A stretch of 64,000 nucleotides of DNA, from IMG/VR virus record IMGVR_UViG_2571042690_000019; one strand, written 5' to 3'. Below, piece after piece: positions 1 to 10,316 of this stretch. Both the position numbers and the translations under genes were made by a program. Numbering within the stretch: the first letter of the stretch is position 1; every line of letters begins with the position of its first letter. The notes beneath the pieces are model-generated. The model was not told the DNA's origin. It did no database searches and was given only the letters and a program-made list of their open reading frames with translations. Origin of the DNA: a virus. Lineage: Duplodnaviria > Heunggongvirae > Uroviricota > Caudoviricetes.

Positions 1-1914
1 ATGAGTGAGGCAGAAGCCCGCCCGACTAACTTTATCCGTCAGATCATCGATGAAGATCTGGCCAGTGGTAAGCACACCACAGTACACACCCGTTTCCCGC
101 CGGAGCCGAATGGCTATCTGCATATTGGCCATGCGAAATCTATCTGCCTGAACTTCGGGATCGCCCAGGACTATAAAGGCCAGTGCAACCTGCGTTTCGA
201 CGACACTAACCCGGTAAAAGAAGATATCGAGTATGTCGATTCGATCAAAAACGACGTAGAGTGGTTAGGTTTTCACTGGTCTGGTAACGTCCGTTACTCC
301 TCCGATTATTTTGATCAGCTCCACGCCTATGCGATCGAACTGATCAATAAAGGCCTGGCGTACGTTGATGAACTGACGCCGGAACAGATCCGCGAATACC
401 GCGGCACCTTGACGCAGCCGGGTAAAAACAGCCCGTACCGCGATCGCAGCGTTGAAGAGAACCTGGCGCTGTTCGAGAAAATGCGTACCGGCGGTTTTGA
501 AGAAGGTAAAGCCTGCCTGCGTGCGAAAATCGACATGGCTTCGCCGTTTATCGTGATGCGCGATCCGGTGCTGTACCGCATTAAGTTTGCTGAACACCAC
601 CAGACTGGCAACAAGTGGTGCATCTACCCGATGTACGACTTCACCCACTGCATCAGCGATGCGCTGGAAGGTATTACGCACTCTCTGTGTACGCTTGAGT
701 TCCAGGACAACCGTCGTCTGTACGACTGGGTACTGGACAACATCACCATTCCTGTTCACCCGCGCCAGTACGAATTCTCGCGCCTGAATCTGGAATACAC
801 TGTGATGTCCAAGCGTAAGCTGAACCTGCTAATTAAGTTTGCTGAACACCACCAGACTGGCAACAAGTGGTGCATCTACCCGATGTACGACTTCACCCAC
901 TGCATCAGCGATGCGCTGGAAGGTATTACGCACTCTCTGTGTACGCTTGAGTTCCAGGACAACCGTCGTCTGTACGACTGGGTACTGGACAACATCACCA
1001 TTCCTGTTCACCCGCGCCAGTACGAATTCTCGCGCCTGAATCTGGAATACACTGTGATGTCCAAGCGTAAGCTGAACCTGCTGGTGACCGACAAGCACGT
1101 TGAAGGCTGGGATGACCCGCGTATGCCGACCATTTCTGGTCTGCGTCGTCGTGGTTACACTGCGGCTTCTATTCGTGAGTTCTGCAAACGCATTGGTGTG
1201 ACCAAGCAGGACAACACCATTGAGATGGCGTCACTGGAATCCTGCATCCGTGAAGATCTCAACGAAAATGCGCCGCGCGCAATGGCGGTTATCGATCCGG
1301 TGAAACTGGTTATCGAAAACTACCAGGGCGAAGGCGAAATGGTTACCATGCCGAACCATCCGAATAAACCGGAAATGGGCAGCCGTCAGGTGCCATTTAG
1401 CGGTGAGATTTGGATCGATCGCGCCGATTTCCGCGAAGAAGCTAACAAGCAGTACAAACGTCTGGTGCTGGGTAAAGAAGTGCGTCTGCGTAATGCTTAC
1501 GTCATTAAGGCAGAACGCGTGGAGAAAGATGCCGAAGGCAATATCACCACCATCTTCTGTACTTATGACGCCGACACCTTAAGCAAAGATCCGGCAGATG
1601 GTCGTAAAGTGAAAGGCGTTATTCACTGGGTGAGCGCGGCACATGCGCTGCCGGTTGAAATCCGCCTGTACGATCGTCTGTTCAGCGTGCCGAACCCAGG
1701 TGCTGCGGATGATTTCCTGTCGGTGATTAACCCGGAATCGCTGGTGATCAAACAGGGTTTTGCTGAACCGTCGCTGAAAGAAGCGGTAGCGGGTAAAGCA
1801 TTCCAGTTTGAGCGTGAAGGTTATTTCTGCCTCGACAGCCGCCATTCTACGGCGGAAAAACCGGTATTTAACCGCACCGTTGGGCTGCGTGATACCTGGG
1901 CGAAGTTAGGTTAA
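1..1914 (+). CDS. glnS: glutamine--tRNA ligase (GlnRS) carrying an in-frame 84-codon internal tandem duplication
   Basis: 637-aa ORF; class I aaRS HIGH-type motif (PNGYLHIGH) and VMSKR motif; E. coli GlnRS-like throughout but about 83 aa longer than the canonical ~554 aa because the block IKFAEHH...KRKLNLL occurs twice. Confidence 0.92.
   Translation: MSEAEARPTNFIRQIIDEDLASGKHTTVHTRFPPEPNGYLHIGHAKSICLNFGIAQDYKGQCNLRFDDTNPVKEDIEYVDSIKNDVEWLGFHWSGNVRYSSDYFDQLHAYAIELINKGLAYVDELTPEQIREYRGTLTQPGKNSPYRDRSVEENLALFEKMRTGGFEEGKACLRAKIDMASPFIVMRDPVLYRIKFAEHHQTGNKWCIYPMYDFTHCISDALEGITHSLCTLEFQDNRRLYDWVLDNITIPVHPRQYEFSRLNLEYTVMSKRKLNLLIKFAEHHQTGNKWCIYPMYDFTHCISDALEGITHSLCTLEFQDNRRLYDWVLDNITIPVHPRQYEFSRLNLEYTVMSKRKLNLLVTDKHVEGWDDPRMPTISGLRRRGYTAASIREFCKRIGVTKQDNTIEMASLESCIREDLNENAPRAMAVIDPVKLVIENYQGEGEMVTMPNHPNKPEMGSRQVPFSGEIWIDRADFREEANKQYKRLVLGKEVRLRNAYVIKAERVEKDAEGNITTIFCTYDADTLSKDPADGRKVKGVIHWVSAAHALPVEIRLYDRLFSVPNPGAADDFLSVINPESLVIKQGFAEPSLKEAVAGKAFQFEREGYFCLDSRHSTAEKPVFNRTVGLRDTWAKLG
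580..1083. repeat. exact tandem duplication, 2 x 252 bp, inside glnS coding sequence
   Basis: nt 580-831 and 832-1083 are identical apart from the junction base; ORF-track peptides 587..787 and 839..1039 are identical. Confidence 0.9.
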
Positions 1915-1937
1915 TAGGTATTTCGCCACATAAAAAA

Positions 1938-1966
1938 GTAAACGCCGCTACTGCGGCGTTTTTTAC
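1938..1966. terminator. bidirectional Rho-independent terminator between glnS and the phage methyltransferase gene
   Basis: CGCCGC-TACT-GCGGCG hairpin flanked by an A-run upstream and T-run downstream. Confidence 0.6.
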
Positions 1967-4257
1967 TTCATTATTGCAATTATATCGTTAGCAACTACAC
2001 GTTTTGACGCCTTGCAGGACACCGACCGTCTGGCTGCCATATGATGTACTTTAAACCCGTTTCCTTCATATAGTTCACGGATGTTTGGCGCACCACTATT
2101 TGTTATCACTACCTTAGCGCCGCGCTGGTGGGCTTCCACCAATAGAGATACCAGCCGTTTCTGTTCGTCGAAACGGAAGCTATTTCCTGAATAACTGGTA
2201 AACCCTTCTGTATCCGGCAGCGGTTCATACGGCGGATCGCAAAAAATCACATCGCCTTCACCAGCCGCCTCGATGACGCCAGCAAAGTCACCTGATACAA
2301 AGGACGTGTTTTTGAGTACGTCATCAGCCAAAAATGCCTCCATCTCTGCATGTGGGAAGTAGGGCGCTTTGTATTTGCCATACCCCACGTTGAACTCGCC
2401 ATTTTGGTTGTACCGCGTTACGCCATTAAAACAGTGCCGATTAAGGTACAAAAAGGCGGCAGCATGATGTAGCTGGTCATACTCTCCTCTGTTAAATGCC
2501 TCACGCACTTCGAGGTAAGCGTCAGCGTTGTTGTAATTTTGGAAAAAACTATATGACAGCGTGACGAGCGAATGTCCTTCTCGCTGCAATGTCTGATAGA
2601 AGTTAATCAGGTCACCGTTAATATCATTAAGCAGGTTGTGGCGAAATCCTGCATTCGTAAATACAGAACCGCCACCAACGAACGGTTCTATTAACCGCTT
2701 GCCGTGTGGTAGATGCTCAAGCACTGTAGGCAACTCTGAGAATTTACCGCCTACCCATTTGAAGATCGGACGCTCATATTCATCCGGAGTCCGGAGTTTT
2801 CTTGTGTAGGTAATGGTATTTATTTTTTTTGGCTGTTTAGCTTCCACAGTCGCAAGAATGCGACACCCAATCCATTGCATAACAGGAACTGCCATGCTGT
2901 TGCCAATCGCTTTGTAACGCGGCCCGTCAGCAGCGAGCATCGCGGCCTCTTCTTCGCTTAAATCTGGATAGTGATTGCGAAGGTATGCCAGTTCATCTGA
3001 GGAAATTGTTTTACGCTTTTCCGTAGGGATCAACGTATGCCCATCAGGAAAACCTTGCAGCCTTTCACATTCGACAGGGGTAAGACGGCGGACAGCTACT
3101 TCTGCGTTTCTTACTTCATAGCAAACGGCTGTTGGATTTTGAGCCATTAGAGATGGTGAAGTATTCTTAGTTGCAGCATGTTGTGTACCGCTCATACGCT
3201 CAGGAAAAGCTAATGTAACAAGATGCTCATGGCTTTCTTGCTCACGCGCCCGCAATGTACCATGCCCCTCTGACCAAAAACCTGCTCCTGTGCTGCTAAA
3301 AACGGCAAGGTCAGTGGCATCTTTAAAGTCTCTTGCCTTTACTGTCGATGCGGTTTCATCGTCAATATATTCCCCAAATGCCGCCATCCTGAAAGCGTTT
3401 ACGGCTTTCGTCGATTTCATACCGGGGGGCATGTCAGCGTGTAGGCATGGATTTAGGCTTTCGCCACTGATTGCAGCGCCATTTGCAATAATGGCGGAAG
3501 CGATTTCCTTCTTTTTTCGGCTCGGCGCAATATTCCGGCGCACGCCTTCGAACTCAAAAAGTATCGTTGCGGGATCGAGGTCTGTTCGAGCACTTGCGAC
3601 AACAAACACGCGTCGGCGTCGTTGCGCCACTCCGAAGTATTGGGCATCAAGGATTCTCCAGGCCACTTTTCGCTGCGGTCCATAAATACAACCACACTGC
3701 GGCCACTTTGGAGCATGGCAACTGGTTTTGACATCCCACCGCCAGAACGCGTTACTTTTTCGCGATTCAGGTCGAGCACCTGGTTCGAATGGCGCATCTT
3801 CTCCAGCCAATCCGGCAAGGAAACATCCGAAGGCGTTATCTGCCGATGACAAGACTCCTGGGACATTTTCCCAGACGATAACGGCTGGTTTGAGAAATGA
3901 CTCAGCCCGTTTGTCGTCAATTGCATTTGCAAGCTCCACATACTTTAAAGTTAGCGCGCCACGCTCATCATCAAGCCCACCACGTAATCCAGCGATACTG
4001 AATGCCTGACAAGGTGTTCCCCCGACGAGCACATCAGGGGATTCGATTTCCCCAGCCAGGACTTTTTTGGCAAGTTTTGTCATATCGCCAAGGTTGGCGA
4101 CATGGGGCCAGCGGTGCGCAAGAACGGCAGATGGAAAAGGCTCGATTTCAGCAAACCACGCCGGACGCATACCCAACGGTTCCCAGGCAATGCTCGCTGC
4201 TTCAATTCCACTGCAAACTGAACCATATCTAAGGTTAACGTTCTGCTTCACCACCAA
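1963..4257 (-). CDS. dmt: bifunctional DNA methyltransferase: N-terminal C5-cytosine MTase fused to C-terminal Dam-like N6-adenine MTase
   Basis: N-terminal part has [12 protein letters not shown] (PC motif), ENVPG and C-terminal RLQGFPD C5-MTase motifs; C-terminal ~280 aa align with E. coli Dam ([19 protein letters not shown]). Symbol by analogy to the P1 hrdC-dmt pair; domain order relative to P1 Dmt not verified. Confidence 0.8.
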   Translation of the reverse strand: MVVKQNVNLRYGSVCSGIEAASIAWEPLGMRPAWFAEIEPFPSAVLAHRWPHVANLGDMTKLAKKVLAGEIESPDVLVGGTPCQAFSIAGLRGGLDDERGALTLKYVELANAIDDKRAESFLKPAVIVWENVPGVLSSADNAFGCFLAGLAGEDAPFEPGARPESRKSNAFWRWDVKTSCHAPKWPQCGCIYGPQRKVAWRILDAQYFGVAQRRRRVFVVASARTDLDPATILFEFEGVRRNIAPSRKKKEIASAIIANGAAISGESLNPCLHADMPPGMKSTKAVNAFRMAAFGEYIDDETASTVKARDFKDATDLAVFSSTGAGFWSEGHGTLRAREQESHEHLVTLAFPERMSGTQHAATKNTSPSLMAQNPTAVCYEVRNAEVAVRRLTPVECERLQGFPDGHTLIPTEKRKTISSDELAYLRNHYPDLSEEEAAMLAADGPRYKAIGNSMAVPVMQWIGCRILATVEAKQPKKINTITYTRKLRTPDEYERPIFKWVGGKFSELPTVLEHLPHGKRLIEPFVGGGSVFTNAGFRHNLLNDINGDLINFYQTLQREGHSLVTLSYSFFQNYNNADAYLEVREAFNRGEYDQLHHAAAFLYLNRHCFNGVTRYNQNGEFNVGYGKYKAPYFPHAEMEAFLADDVLKNTSFVSGDFAGVIEAAGEGDVIFCDPPYEPLPDTEGFTSYSGNSFRFDEQKRLVSLLVEAHQRGAKVVITNSGAPNIRELYEGNGFKVHHMAARRSVSCKASKRVVANDIIAIMK

Positions 4258-5140
4258 CGGCCTCCACTAGCGAAGTGAACATCGCGGATAATTCAGCAGT
4301 AAACAGGATAAAGTCAGCGTCAAATCGTTGCGCAACATCCTCTCGATCAATATCGTCGTTCTGGTCGTACAATTCGTCGCTGAACGACAAAGCCTTGATA
4401 CTCATATCGTCATTCAGTCTGAAAAATGCACGGTCTTGCCAGTTAACCGCAACTGTGGTTGCAACCTTACCAGCTTCTATATGACTCATGATCTCGTCGG
4501 ATAGCAGGTCCACTTTTTTGCAGCGGACCGCGCCGCCATCATCAAGCAATGCTTTTAAGGTCGCTTCCTCACCGGCACGGAAACCGTTCGGGAAGCCATT
4601 TTTAATCCAGCCAGTGATGGTCAGTTCTAATGGGTCTTTCGGAGAGAAGGGGACAACGGGCAAGCTGCCAAGCGATTTCCGTAACAAAGCCAGCTGATCC
4701 TCTGCTTTTTTAGCACTGCTGGCCTCGACAAAAACCAGATGATTGCTTCGGTCTATCAGGATTTTAGCTACTGATTTTCTCGTGAAAGCGCGAGGAAGAA
4801 GAGAGTGAAGCACTTCATCCTTCAGCGAATCTTTTTCGGTCTTCTTCAGCTTTCTGTCTTGCTCTTCTTCAAGTTTCAGGATTTTTTTCTGTAACTCTTC
4901 TTTGAGTACTTGAGAAGGTAGGATTTTTTCCTCTCGTTTATGCTGCATCAGAAGAAAACCCTGGTATTCATGGGTGAGGTTGTCGCCAAGAACGGGGGTC
5001 CAACCAGCTTTAGCCATATCCTGAGAACCGCATGGGGTAAACACAAACTTGCTAAGGGCTGCATTTACTTCTGCAGTATCCCAGCTAACTTCGCGTGAAA
5101 GACGATAGATGAAGATATTTTTGAAAGCGACTGATCTCAT
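4235..5140 (-). CDS. rdgC: RdgC-like recombination-associated protein (phage homolog)
   Basis: 301 aa, colinear similarity to E. coli RdgC ([60 protein letters not shown]). Confidence 0.88.
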   Translation of the reverse strand: MRSVAFKNIFIYRLSREVSWDTAEVNAALSKFVFTPCGSQDMAKAGWTPVLGDNLTHEYQGFLLMQHKREEKILPSQVLKEELQKKILKLEEEQDRKLKKTEKDSLKDEVLHSLLPRAFTRKSVAKILIDRSNHLVFVEASSAKKAEDQLALLRKSLGSLPVVPFSPKDPLELTITGWIKNGFPNGFRAGEEATLKALLDDGGAVRCKKVDLLSDEIMSHIEAGKVATTVAVNWQDRAFFRLNDDMSIKALSFSDELYDQNDDIDREDVAQRFDADFILFTAELSAMFTSLVEAVGGEAER

Positions 5141-5147
5141 GTCTCAC

Positions 5148-5191
5148 CATTTGTGTTAGAAAATACATATTAATTATCTAACACAAATGGG
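5148..5191. promoter_or_regulatory. inverted pair of operator-like motifs (14-bp perfect inverted repeat CCATTTGTGTTAGA / TCTAACACAAATGG, 16-bp spacer) upstream of the rdgC-dmt operon
   Basis: perfect inverted repeat read directly; each arm carries the TCTAACA core of the dispersed motif. Confidence 0.5.
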
Positions 5192-5199
5192 TGCATTTT

Positions 5200-5853
5200 C
5201 TATCCTTTCTTGAAATCGAAGTTGCCAGCAGTGGCCTGAAAGGTTCCCCCAGCCTTGAAAGCTATGTCCCCGTTAGCGGTGACAGCTATATTTTCCCCAT
5301 TAACATTGATGTTGTTGGCTGATTTGACGTTAACACTCCCTCCTGCATTCACGATTACATCAGCCGGACCAATGATATATATCTGCCCGGACTCATTCAT
5401 GCCAATCCTTGAGCCTGCTGCCGTATTGGCAATTTCATAGCCGCCACCAGCAGTTCGTACTTCAAGAATATTGTTGCGGTGAATAACGAAGTCTTTCGTT
5501 GCTGAGATTTGGGGGCGGGGAGGTGCTCCATCTACTTCCGGCGGCGTCCAGCCGTTGCCTTTGCCAGATGCTTCTGGTGCAACGTTTGGAATTCCTCCCG
5601 GTGCATCCTGAGCGGCACCAACTATCATTGGGCGTCTGGTGTCTATTCGACCGTTAACATCTAAATAAGGAAACTCTACCCAGACCAGGTCACCTTTGAC
5701 TGTAGGTACAAAAGCGTTCCCGATGGGTAACTGGTATTCCGCCCAGGGTAGATCGTCATCAGGAACGCCATTCCAGTCAGGTAAAACACGGACTTGAGCA
5801 CGCATAAGCCCTGCCGGGTGCACAGTTCCAACAATTTGCGCTCTACGCTTCAT
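5200..5853 (-). CDS. hypothetical protein, glycine-rich C-terminal repeats
   Basis: 217-aa ORF in an operon of four stop/start-coupled genes; no family recognised. Confidence 0.55.
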   Translation of the reverse strand: MKRRAQIVGTVHPAGLMRAQVRVLPDWNGVPDDDLPWAEYQLPIGNAFVPTVKGDLVWVEFPYLDVNGRIDTRRPMIVGAAQDAPGGIPNVAPEASGKGNGWTPPEVDGAPPRPQISATKDFVIHRNNILEVRTAGGGYEIANTAAGSRIGMNESGQIYIIGPADVIVNAGGSVNVKSANNINVNGENIAVTANGDIAFKAGGTFQATAGNFDFKKG

Positions 5854-6830
5854 TTGTTAGGCACTCCCAATATCATTCGTGTTGTGTAGCCTACGCGGTC
5901 CTCAAAGTGCGCAACATTTTTTACTATCAGCTTACGGGGCATTGATTCATCAATGCGGTTTTCCTGGTCATAGCGGTATACGATAATCTCTATTACCATC
6001 CCCGGTTTTATATCAGGATTGCCTGCGACTTCTATATCCATTTTGGGGACGAGAGACAGCTGCATATTGCGAAGAGTTTCCATATCAGAGTCGGATATAT
6101 AACGTACTGGGAGTGAGCTATCGCCATATTCGACGTAGCCATCGGTCATGGAATACCCAACAAAACGATATTGATTCTTTGCTGTTGTCGCATGTTCCTG
6201 TTGGAGTAGGCGCATTTTGGACAAAGTGTATTCTGCTTTAGGGTTATTCCCCTCGTAGGTAAATGATGGCGTTTGCTTCATCAGATCAGCCAGGGTGTAA
6301 AAGTTAAATTCCCCCCGGCATACCCAACATAATGCACCTTTGTCTCGCGCTATCTCCGAAAGCATTTTTGACGGTTTGTCACCGGCATTCAGATGATATG
6401 TAACTGCGCGTTTTAGCACGCTGCTGGTAATTTTAAGCTTGCCGGAATATGCCTTGAATATAGCGTCTGGTGTTTTGTTGGTATGTAAATTTGTGCGCGG
6501 GGAGGGGATCTTAAACCTGCGCACGTCTTCACTGACAGCAATAACGGTAACAACATCACCAGCCAGCATTGCAGACGTAACAAAGAAATCTGTTTTAAAA
6601 GTGCCTGCATTACCGTTTGGATCGCCCATTTCAGCCACCAGCGATGCACCGTATTTGGCTTTCCAGTCATCAATTACGGTGCCGGTAGCGTCATGAATTT
6701 CCAGTTTTAGCAAAGGGGCTTTGAGGCTGGTTTTTTCTACATATACTGCGGTAAAAATCCAGTCTCGTGGCACTTTGTTATCGTTAATGAGCACTGACTG
6801 TAGAAAATATTGTTGTAACTCCTGGGCCAC
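5850..6830 (-). CDS. hypothetical phage protein
   Basis: 326-aa ORF, start overlaps upstream stop. Confidence 0.55.
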   Translation of the reverse strand: MAQELQQYFLQSVLINDNKVPRDWIFTAVYVEKTSLKAPLLKLEIHDATGTVIDDWKAKYGASLVAEMGDPNGNAGTFKTDFFVTSAMLAGDVVTVIAVSEDVRRFKIPSPRTNLHTNKTPDAIFKAYSGKLKITSSVLKRAVTYHLNAGDKPSKMLSEIARDKGALCWVCRGEFNFYTLADLMKQTPSFTYEGNNPKAEYTLSKMRLLQQEHATTAKNQYRFVGYSMTDGYVEYGDSSLPVRYISDSDMETLRNMQLSLVPKMDIEVAGNPDIKPGMVIEIIVYRYDQENRIDESMPRKLIVKNVAHFEDRVGYTTRMILGVPNK

Positions 6831-6833
6831 TTA

Positions 6834-7601
6834 TCACCCCATAGATATCGAGGTTTCGGTAATAATACGTTTTGCGTCCAACTCCCATGCTGTGATCACG
6901 TCTGCAATCACACTTATCGGCGCTTGTGTGGCATAAATACGCTCTTCTCCAATTGGTGCTGAAACATCCGTAAAGCCGACTTCTTTGGCATCCTGTATCG
7001 AGCAAATCAGCGGGACCGGAACACGAACAAGGTGAGTGGTTGCTTCAAATTGTGTACCTGTCATCAGGCGAAGCCGTGCGCCCAGCGAATTACACATCAG
7101 ACTCATGGTCGCTTTATCAGTTGCCATTAACGTAACGTCATACGTCAGAATGGCCTGGGTGTATTCCAGTTCTGCTAAAGGCATTCCGGTATCCGGTTCG
7201 CAAAAACTGGCTACTTTTTTGCGGTCAATCTGCTGATCATCGTTGATATAATTGATATCCATAGTGCGTGAGATATTGACCAGGGGGAGAGCATCCCGGT
7301 TAATGTTCTGGTTTTCAGGTTTTCTCCCTTGCCCGGCATTTGCGCGACGAACTGCTTTAAGAAACTCGATCGCATTGTCGAAACGGGCCACATAGACACG
7401 CTCTGCTGGTGGACGATTCAAGAATGACGCAAAGCGTTTTTCTTCCGGCGCGGGGGCCACCAGTAAGATATCAGAAAAAATGTTGCTGATTAGCGTCGCA
7501 AACGCGTTATCCACGTTTTCAAAGCCCGTGGTCTGGAATTTTCCTGTGCGTGAGGTTTGCCATTCACCTGTTCGCGCCAGGAGGGTTTTATTTGAAGTCA
7601 T
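6834..7601 (-). CDS. hypothetical phage protein
   Basis: 255-aa ORF in the same operon. Confidence 0.55.
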   Translation of the reverse strand: MTSNKTLLARTGEWQTSRTGKFQTTGFENVDNAFATLISNIFSDILLVAPAPEEKRFASFLNRPPAERVYVARFDNAIEFLKAVRRANAGQGRKPENQNINRDALPLVNISRTMDINYINDDQQIDRKKVASFCEPDTGMPLAELEYTQAILTYDVTLMATDKATMSLMCNSLGARLRLMTGTQFEATTHLVRVPVPLICSIQDAKEVGFTDVSAPIGEERIYATQAPISVIADVITAWELDAKRIITETSISMG

Positions 7602-8401
7602 TCGATCACTCCGTTTTGAGTCGTATCAAAATTCCTGGCTGGTATGCAGTAGTAAAGCGAACCAACATGCTGTGTGCCGTAGCTAAAAATACGGTGCACG
7701 TACCACCAGCGGCGGGCTACGCCGTTTACCATCTCTTCATTCCATTCAAGAATTGAGCCGACGGGGACGTTATTTGCTGCAATACGCAGAATCAGAACAT
7801 CATCGGTTAAGCCATCCTGCTCACCGTCTGCGTCAATCGCATGGAAAGAGTCACGCCCGTCCGGGTTATCCAGCACATAAACGATTTCAGGTTCCTGGTA
7901 AGTCAGTTCGCGTTGGTTGTTATCCAGTTCAGTGAATGACTCTTCTCCTGTTTCGTCGCTGACTACCCCATATGTGCCAACATCTGGTCGATATAAGAGA
8001 GCCTGAAACGCGTCTGGGCTGGATTCAATAATCAGCATCCAGTCTGCGCGGATTTGGTCGTTAAAGGCTTTATGCCCGTTATAGCGTGCTTTTAACTGTG
8101 GAGTCGGTTCTCTGCCAGCCAGGGAAGATGGAAGTATGGCTATATCTGATTCGCCAGCATCCGGAGTAAGGCCACCGTTGCTATCAGCAAAATTATCATG
8201 GCTATCAGCTTTGGCGGCGGGTTGCTCTTCCAGAATGCTGAATGAATCCGAACCGGTATTGCCATGTTCCGGCGCGCCTCCTGCATTCGCTTCAATCGGC
8301 GCTGGCGTTTCTCTCTGCGTGCTGTCATGTTCTGACTCCTTACTTGCCAGGTTTGCATCGTCAGCAAACCATTCGTCAAAACGGCCCATAAGCATCCTCA
8401 A
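7598..8401 (-). CDS. hypothetical acidic phage protein
   Basis: 267-aa ORF, Asp/Glu-rich N-terminal half. Confidence 0.55.
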   Translation of the reverse strand: MRMLMGRFDEWFADDANLASKESEHDSTQRETPAPIEANAGGAPEHGNTGSDSFSILEEQPAAKADSHDNFADSNGGLTPDAGESDIAILPSSLAGREPTPQLKARYNGHKAFNDQIRADWMLIIESSPDAFQALLYRPDVGTYGVVSDETGEESFTELDNNQRELTYQEPEIVYVLDNPDGRDSFHAIDADGEQDGLTDDVLILRIAANNVPVGSILEWNEEMVNGVARRWWYVHRIFSYGTQHVGSLYYCIPARNFDTTQNGVIE

Positions 8402-8485
8402 AGGTCGATCTGTCAGGTATCGAAAGGAAGATTTTCGGGAGATTGTGATTTTGGATGAAGGAGGGGGAATTCATAAAATGCACTT

Positions 8486-8506
8486 GCGCACAGTGCAACG
8501 GTGCGC
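8486..8506. promoter_or_regulatory. possible HigA operator palindrome (GCGCAC-N9-GTGCGC) upstream of higB
   Basis: inverted repeat about 45 bp upstream of the higB start codon. Confidence 0.25.
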
Positions 8507-8551
8507 TATAGTTATGGCATTCGGTAATCATCACGGAGGATCAAATGACTA

Positions 8552-8854
8552 ATGACCAAAAAAATTAACATAAAGGATTTCAGGGATGCGTGGCTTGATG
8601 ATTTTTTTGAATTTTCAACACCACATAGAAAGATACCTCCTGATATTCATATGACATTGTCACGGAAGTTGGACATTATCAATGCCGCAACTACCTGTAA
8701 GGATTTAAGATCACCACCAGGTAATCGGTATGAGGAACTGTCAGGGAAGCTAAATGGCTATTCATCAGTAAGGGTGAATAAGCAATATAGGTTAATTTTT
8801 AAGTGGGTTAACGGAAAGGCCGAGGACTTGTATCTCGACCCTCACAAATACTAA
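8552..8854 (+). CDS. higB: type II toxin HigB (RelE/ParE superfamily)
   Basis: 100 aa; PPGNRYEELSGKLNGYSSVRVNKQYRLIF matches the HigB killer family; toxin gene precedes antitoxin as in higBA. Confidence 0.82.
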   Translation: MTKKINIKDFRDAWLDDFFEFSTPHRKIPPDIHMTLSRKLDIINAATTCKDLRSPPGNRYEELSGKLNGYSSVRVNKQYRLIFKWVNGKAEDLYLDPHKY

Positions 8855-8924
8855 AACAGATACCCGGTTACGGACCGGGTTCTGACCAGAGTCCACTTAA
8901 TACGCACGCTAGTAAGGGCAAAAA

Positions 8925-9263
8925 ATGAAACAGGCAACCAGAAAACCGACGACCGTAGGTGATATCCTGCTGTACGAATACCTGGAGCCGTTAGAGCTGA
9001 AGATCAACGAGTTAGCAGAAATACTTCATGTTCATCGTAACACCGTAAGCGCTCTTGTTAATAACAATCGTAAGCTAACGATGGATATGGCATATCGCCT
9101 GGCAAAAGCATTCGATACTTCTGTAGATTTTTGGATTAATCTTCAGACCGCAGTAGATCTGTGGGAAGTCGAAAATGATATGCGCGTCCAGGAAGAGTTA
9201 AGTCGTATCAATACTGCTGAAAAATTTATTTCTCAGCGGAACCTGAATAAAAAAGCAGCCTGA
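8925..9263 (+). CDS. higA: type II antitoxin HigA (XRE-family HTH)
   Basis: 112 aa; HTH segment LKINELAEILHVHRNTVSALVNNNRKLTMDMAYRLAKAFDTSVDFWINLQ typical of HigA/VapI. Confidence 0.82.
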   Translation: MKQATRKPTTVGDILLYEYLEPLELKINELAEILHVHRNTVSALVNNNRKLTMDMAYRLAKAFDTSVDFWINLQTAVDLWEVENDMRVQEELSRINTAEKFISQRNLNKKAA

Positions 9264-9286
9264 TATAGTAAAACACATACAAAAAG

Positions 9287-9314
9287 CCCACTTAGCAAGT
9301 GGGCTTTCCTTTGT
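9287..9314 (+). terminator. Rho-independent terminator after higA
   Basis: GCCCACT-TAGCA-AGTGGGC hairpin followed by TTTCCTTTG. Confidence 0.6.
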
Positions 9315-9319
9315 AATTA

Positions 9320-9520
9320 ATGAACATTAAACCTATCCGTACAGAACAAGATTATGAGGCCGCACTGCGTGCGGTCGAACCGATGTTCGATAACGAACCG
9401 GAAATGAATACTCCGGAAGGTGATTTCTTTGAGGTTATGAGTCTTCTCATTGAGGAGTACGAGAAGAAACATTACCCAATTCAACCACCATCACCTGTTG
9501 AATCTTTTAACTATCCATAA
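9320..9520 (+). pseudogene. 3'-truncated XRE-family antitoxin-like gene (N-terminal domain only)
   Basis: 66 aa resembling the N-terminal part of HTH antitoxins (TEQDYEAAL..., NTPEGDFFEVMSLLIEEYEKKHYPI) but ending before any HTH domain, exactly where the low-GC gene begins. Confidence 0.4.
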
Positions 9521-9541
9521 TAAAAGTAATCAGGATAAGCT

Positions 9542-10270
9542 ATGATGTCAGAAAAAGTTAAAGATAATCCGTCTATAAATGAAACAGAACTAAAATCATT
9601 TTCTGAAATAATAAAAGATAAAATATTTAACAAGGTTTTTGCATATGTTGTCATTTCTTTTCTAATTTTTAACTGGAAGGATATTTTAATTATATTAAAG
9701 TCAAAGGACGACATCCTATATACATTATCTATTGTTTCTGTTGGTGGTAATGTCCCGTTCATTGATAATTGGATTGTATCCCCGTGGGTTTATCACGTTG
9801 TAATCCCATTTATTTATGGAGTATTTGCATCTGTGTTAGCTCCTGTTCTCACACTGAAGATATCTAAGCTAACAAGTAAATTATACACTGAAATAAGATA
9901 TTTAGATGAAGTTGCTGATTATGATAAAAGAATAGAATTGCAAAGAAAGAAAACAAAGTTAAATCAAGCAACCAATGACGCTAAATATTCAAAACAAATC
10001 TTAGATGAAAATGAAAATAAACTTAATGACTTGGTTACGAAACAGCGAGAAATTTGTGGCGCGATAAAACTATTGCATACTGATGTTGGCAGTATTATTG
10101 AACTATATAAAAATAAGGGGGTTAGCATTGAATCTCCGCAAGATTTATGTGATTTTATAGTCGCTATAAAAAGCACATCATTCTATAATGATGACAAGCA
10201 TTTTAATAAATTGGTGTCTGATATTTCCAGTTTGTTTGATAATACTGGAATTGATCTTTCAAAAAAATGA
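9542..10270 (+). CDS. low-GC hypothetical membrane protein (two predicted TM helices plus C-terminal coiled-coil region)
   Basis: 242-aa ORF with AGGA RBS, own terminator; visibly AT-rich versus flanks; hydrophobic segments VFAYVVISFLIFNW and VYHVVIPFIYGVFASVLAPVLTL. Confidence 0.65.
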   Translation: MMSEKVKDNPSINETELKSFSEIIKDKIFNKVFAYVVISFLIFNWKDILIILKSKDDILYTLSIVSVGGNVPFIDNWIVSPWVYHVVIPFIYGVFASVLAPVLTLKISKLTSKLYTEIRYLDEVADYDKRIELQRKKTKLNQATNDAKYSKQILDENENKLNDLVTKQREICGAIKLLHTDVGSIIELYKNKGVSIESPQDLCDFIVAIKSTSFYNDDKHFNKLVSDISSLFDNTGIDLSKK

Positions 10271-10276
10271 AAGCCC

Positions 10277-10316
10277 AGCATAAACTACTAGGCTATGTGT
10301 GGTTTATGCTTTTTTT
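10277..10316. terminator. bidirectional Rho-independent terminator
   Basis: AGCATAAAC...GTTTATGCT hairpin followed by TTTTTT; lies between convergent genes. Confidence 0.55.

Noticed and set aside
587-1039. Plus-strand ORFs 587..787 and 839..1039 and minus-strand ORFs 265..759 and 829..1098
   Set aside because: Alternative-frame or antisense ORFs inside glnS; their identity to each other only reflects the tandem duplication
3290-4270. Plus-strand ORFs of 67-131 aa inside the methyltransferase gene
   Set aside because: Antisense to a well-supported CDS; no motifs or RBS
9320-9520. Functional stand-alone antitoxin
   Set aside because: Only the N-terminal domain is present and no cognate toxin gene is adjacent; called a truncated remnant instead
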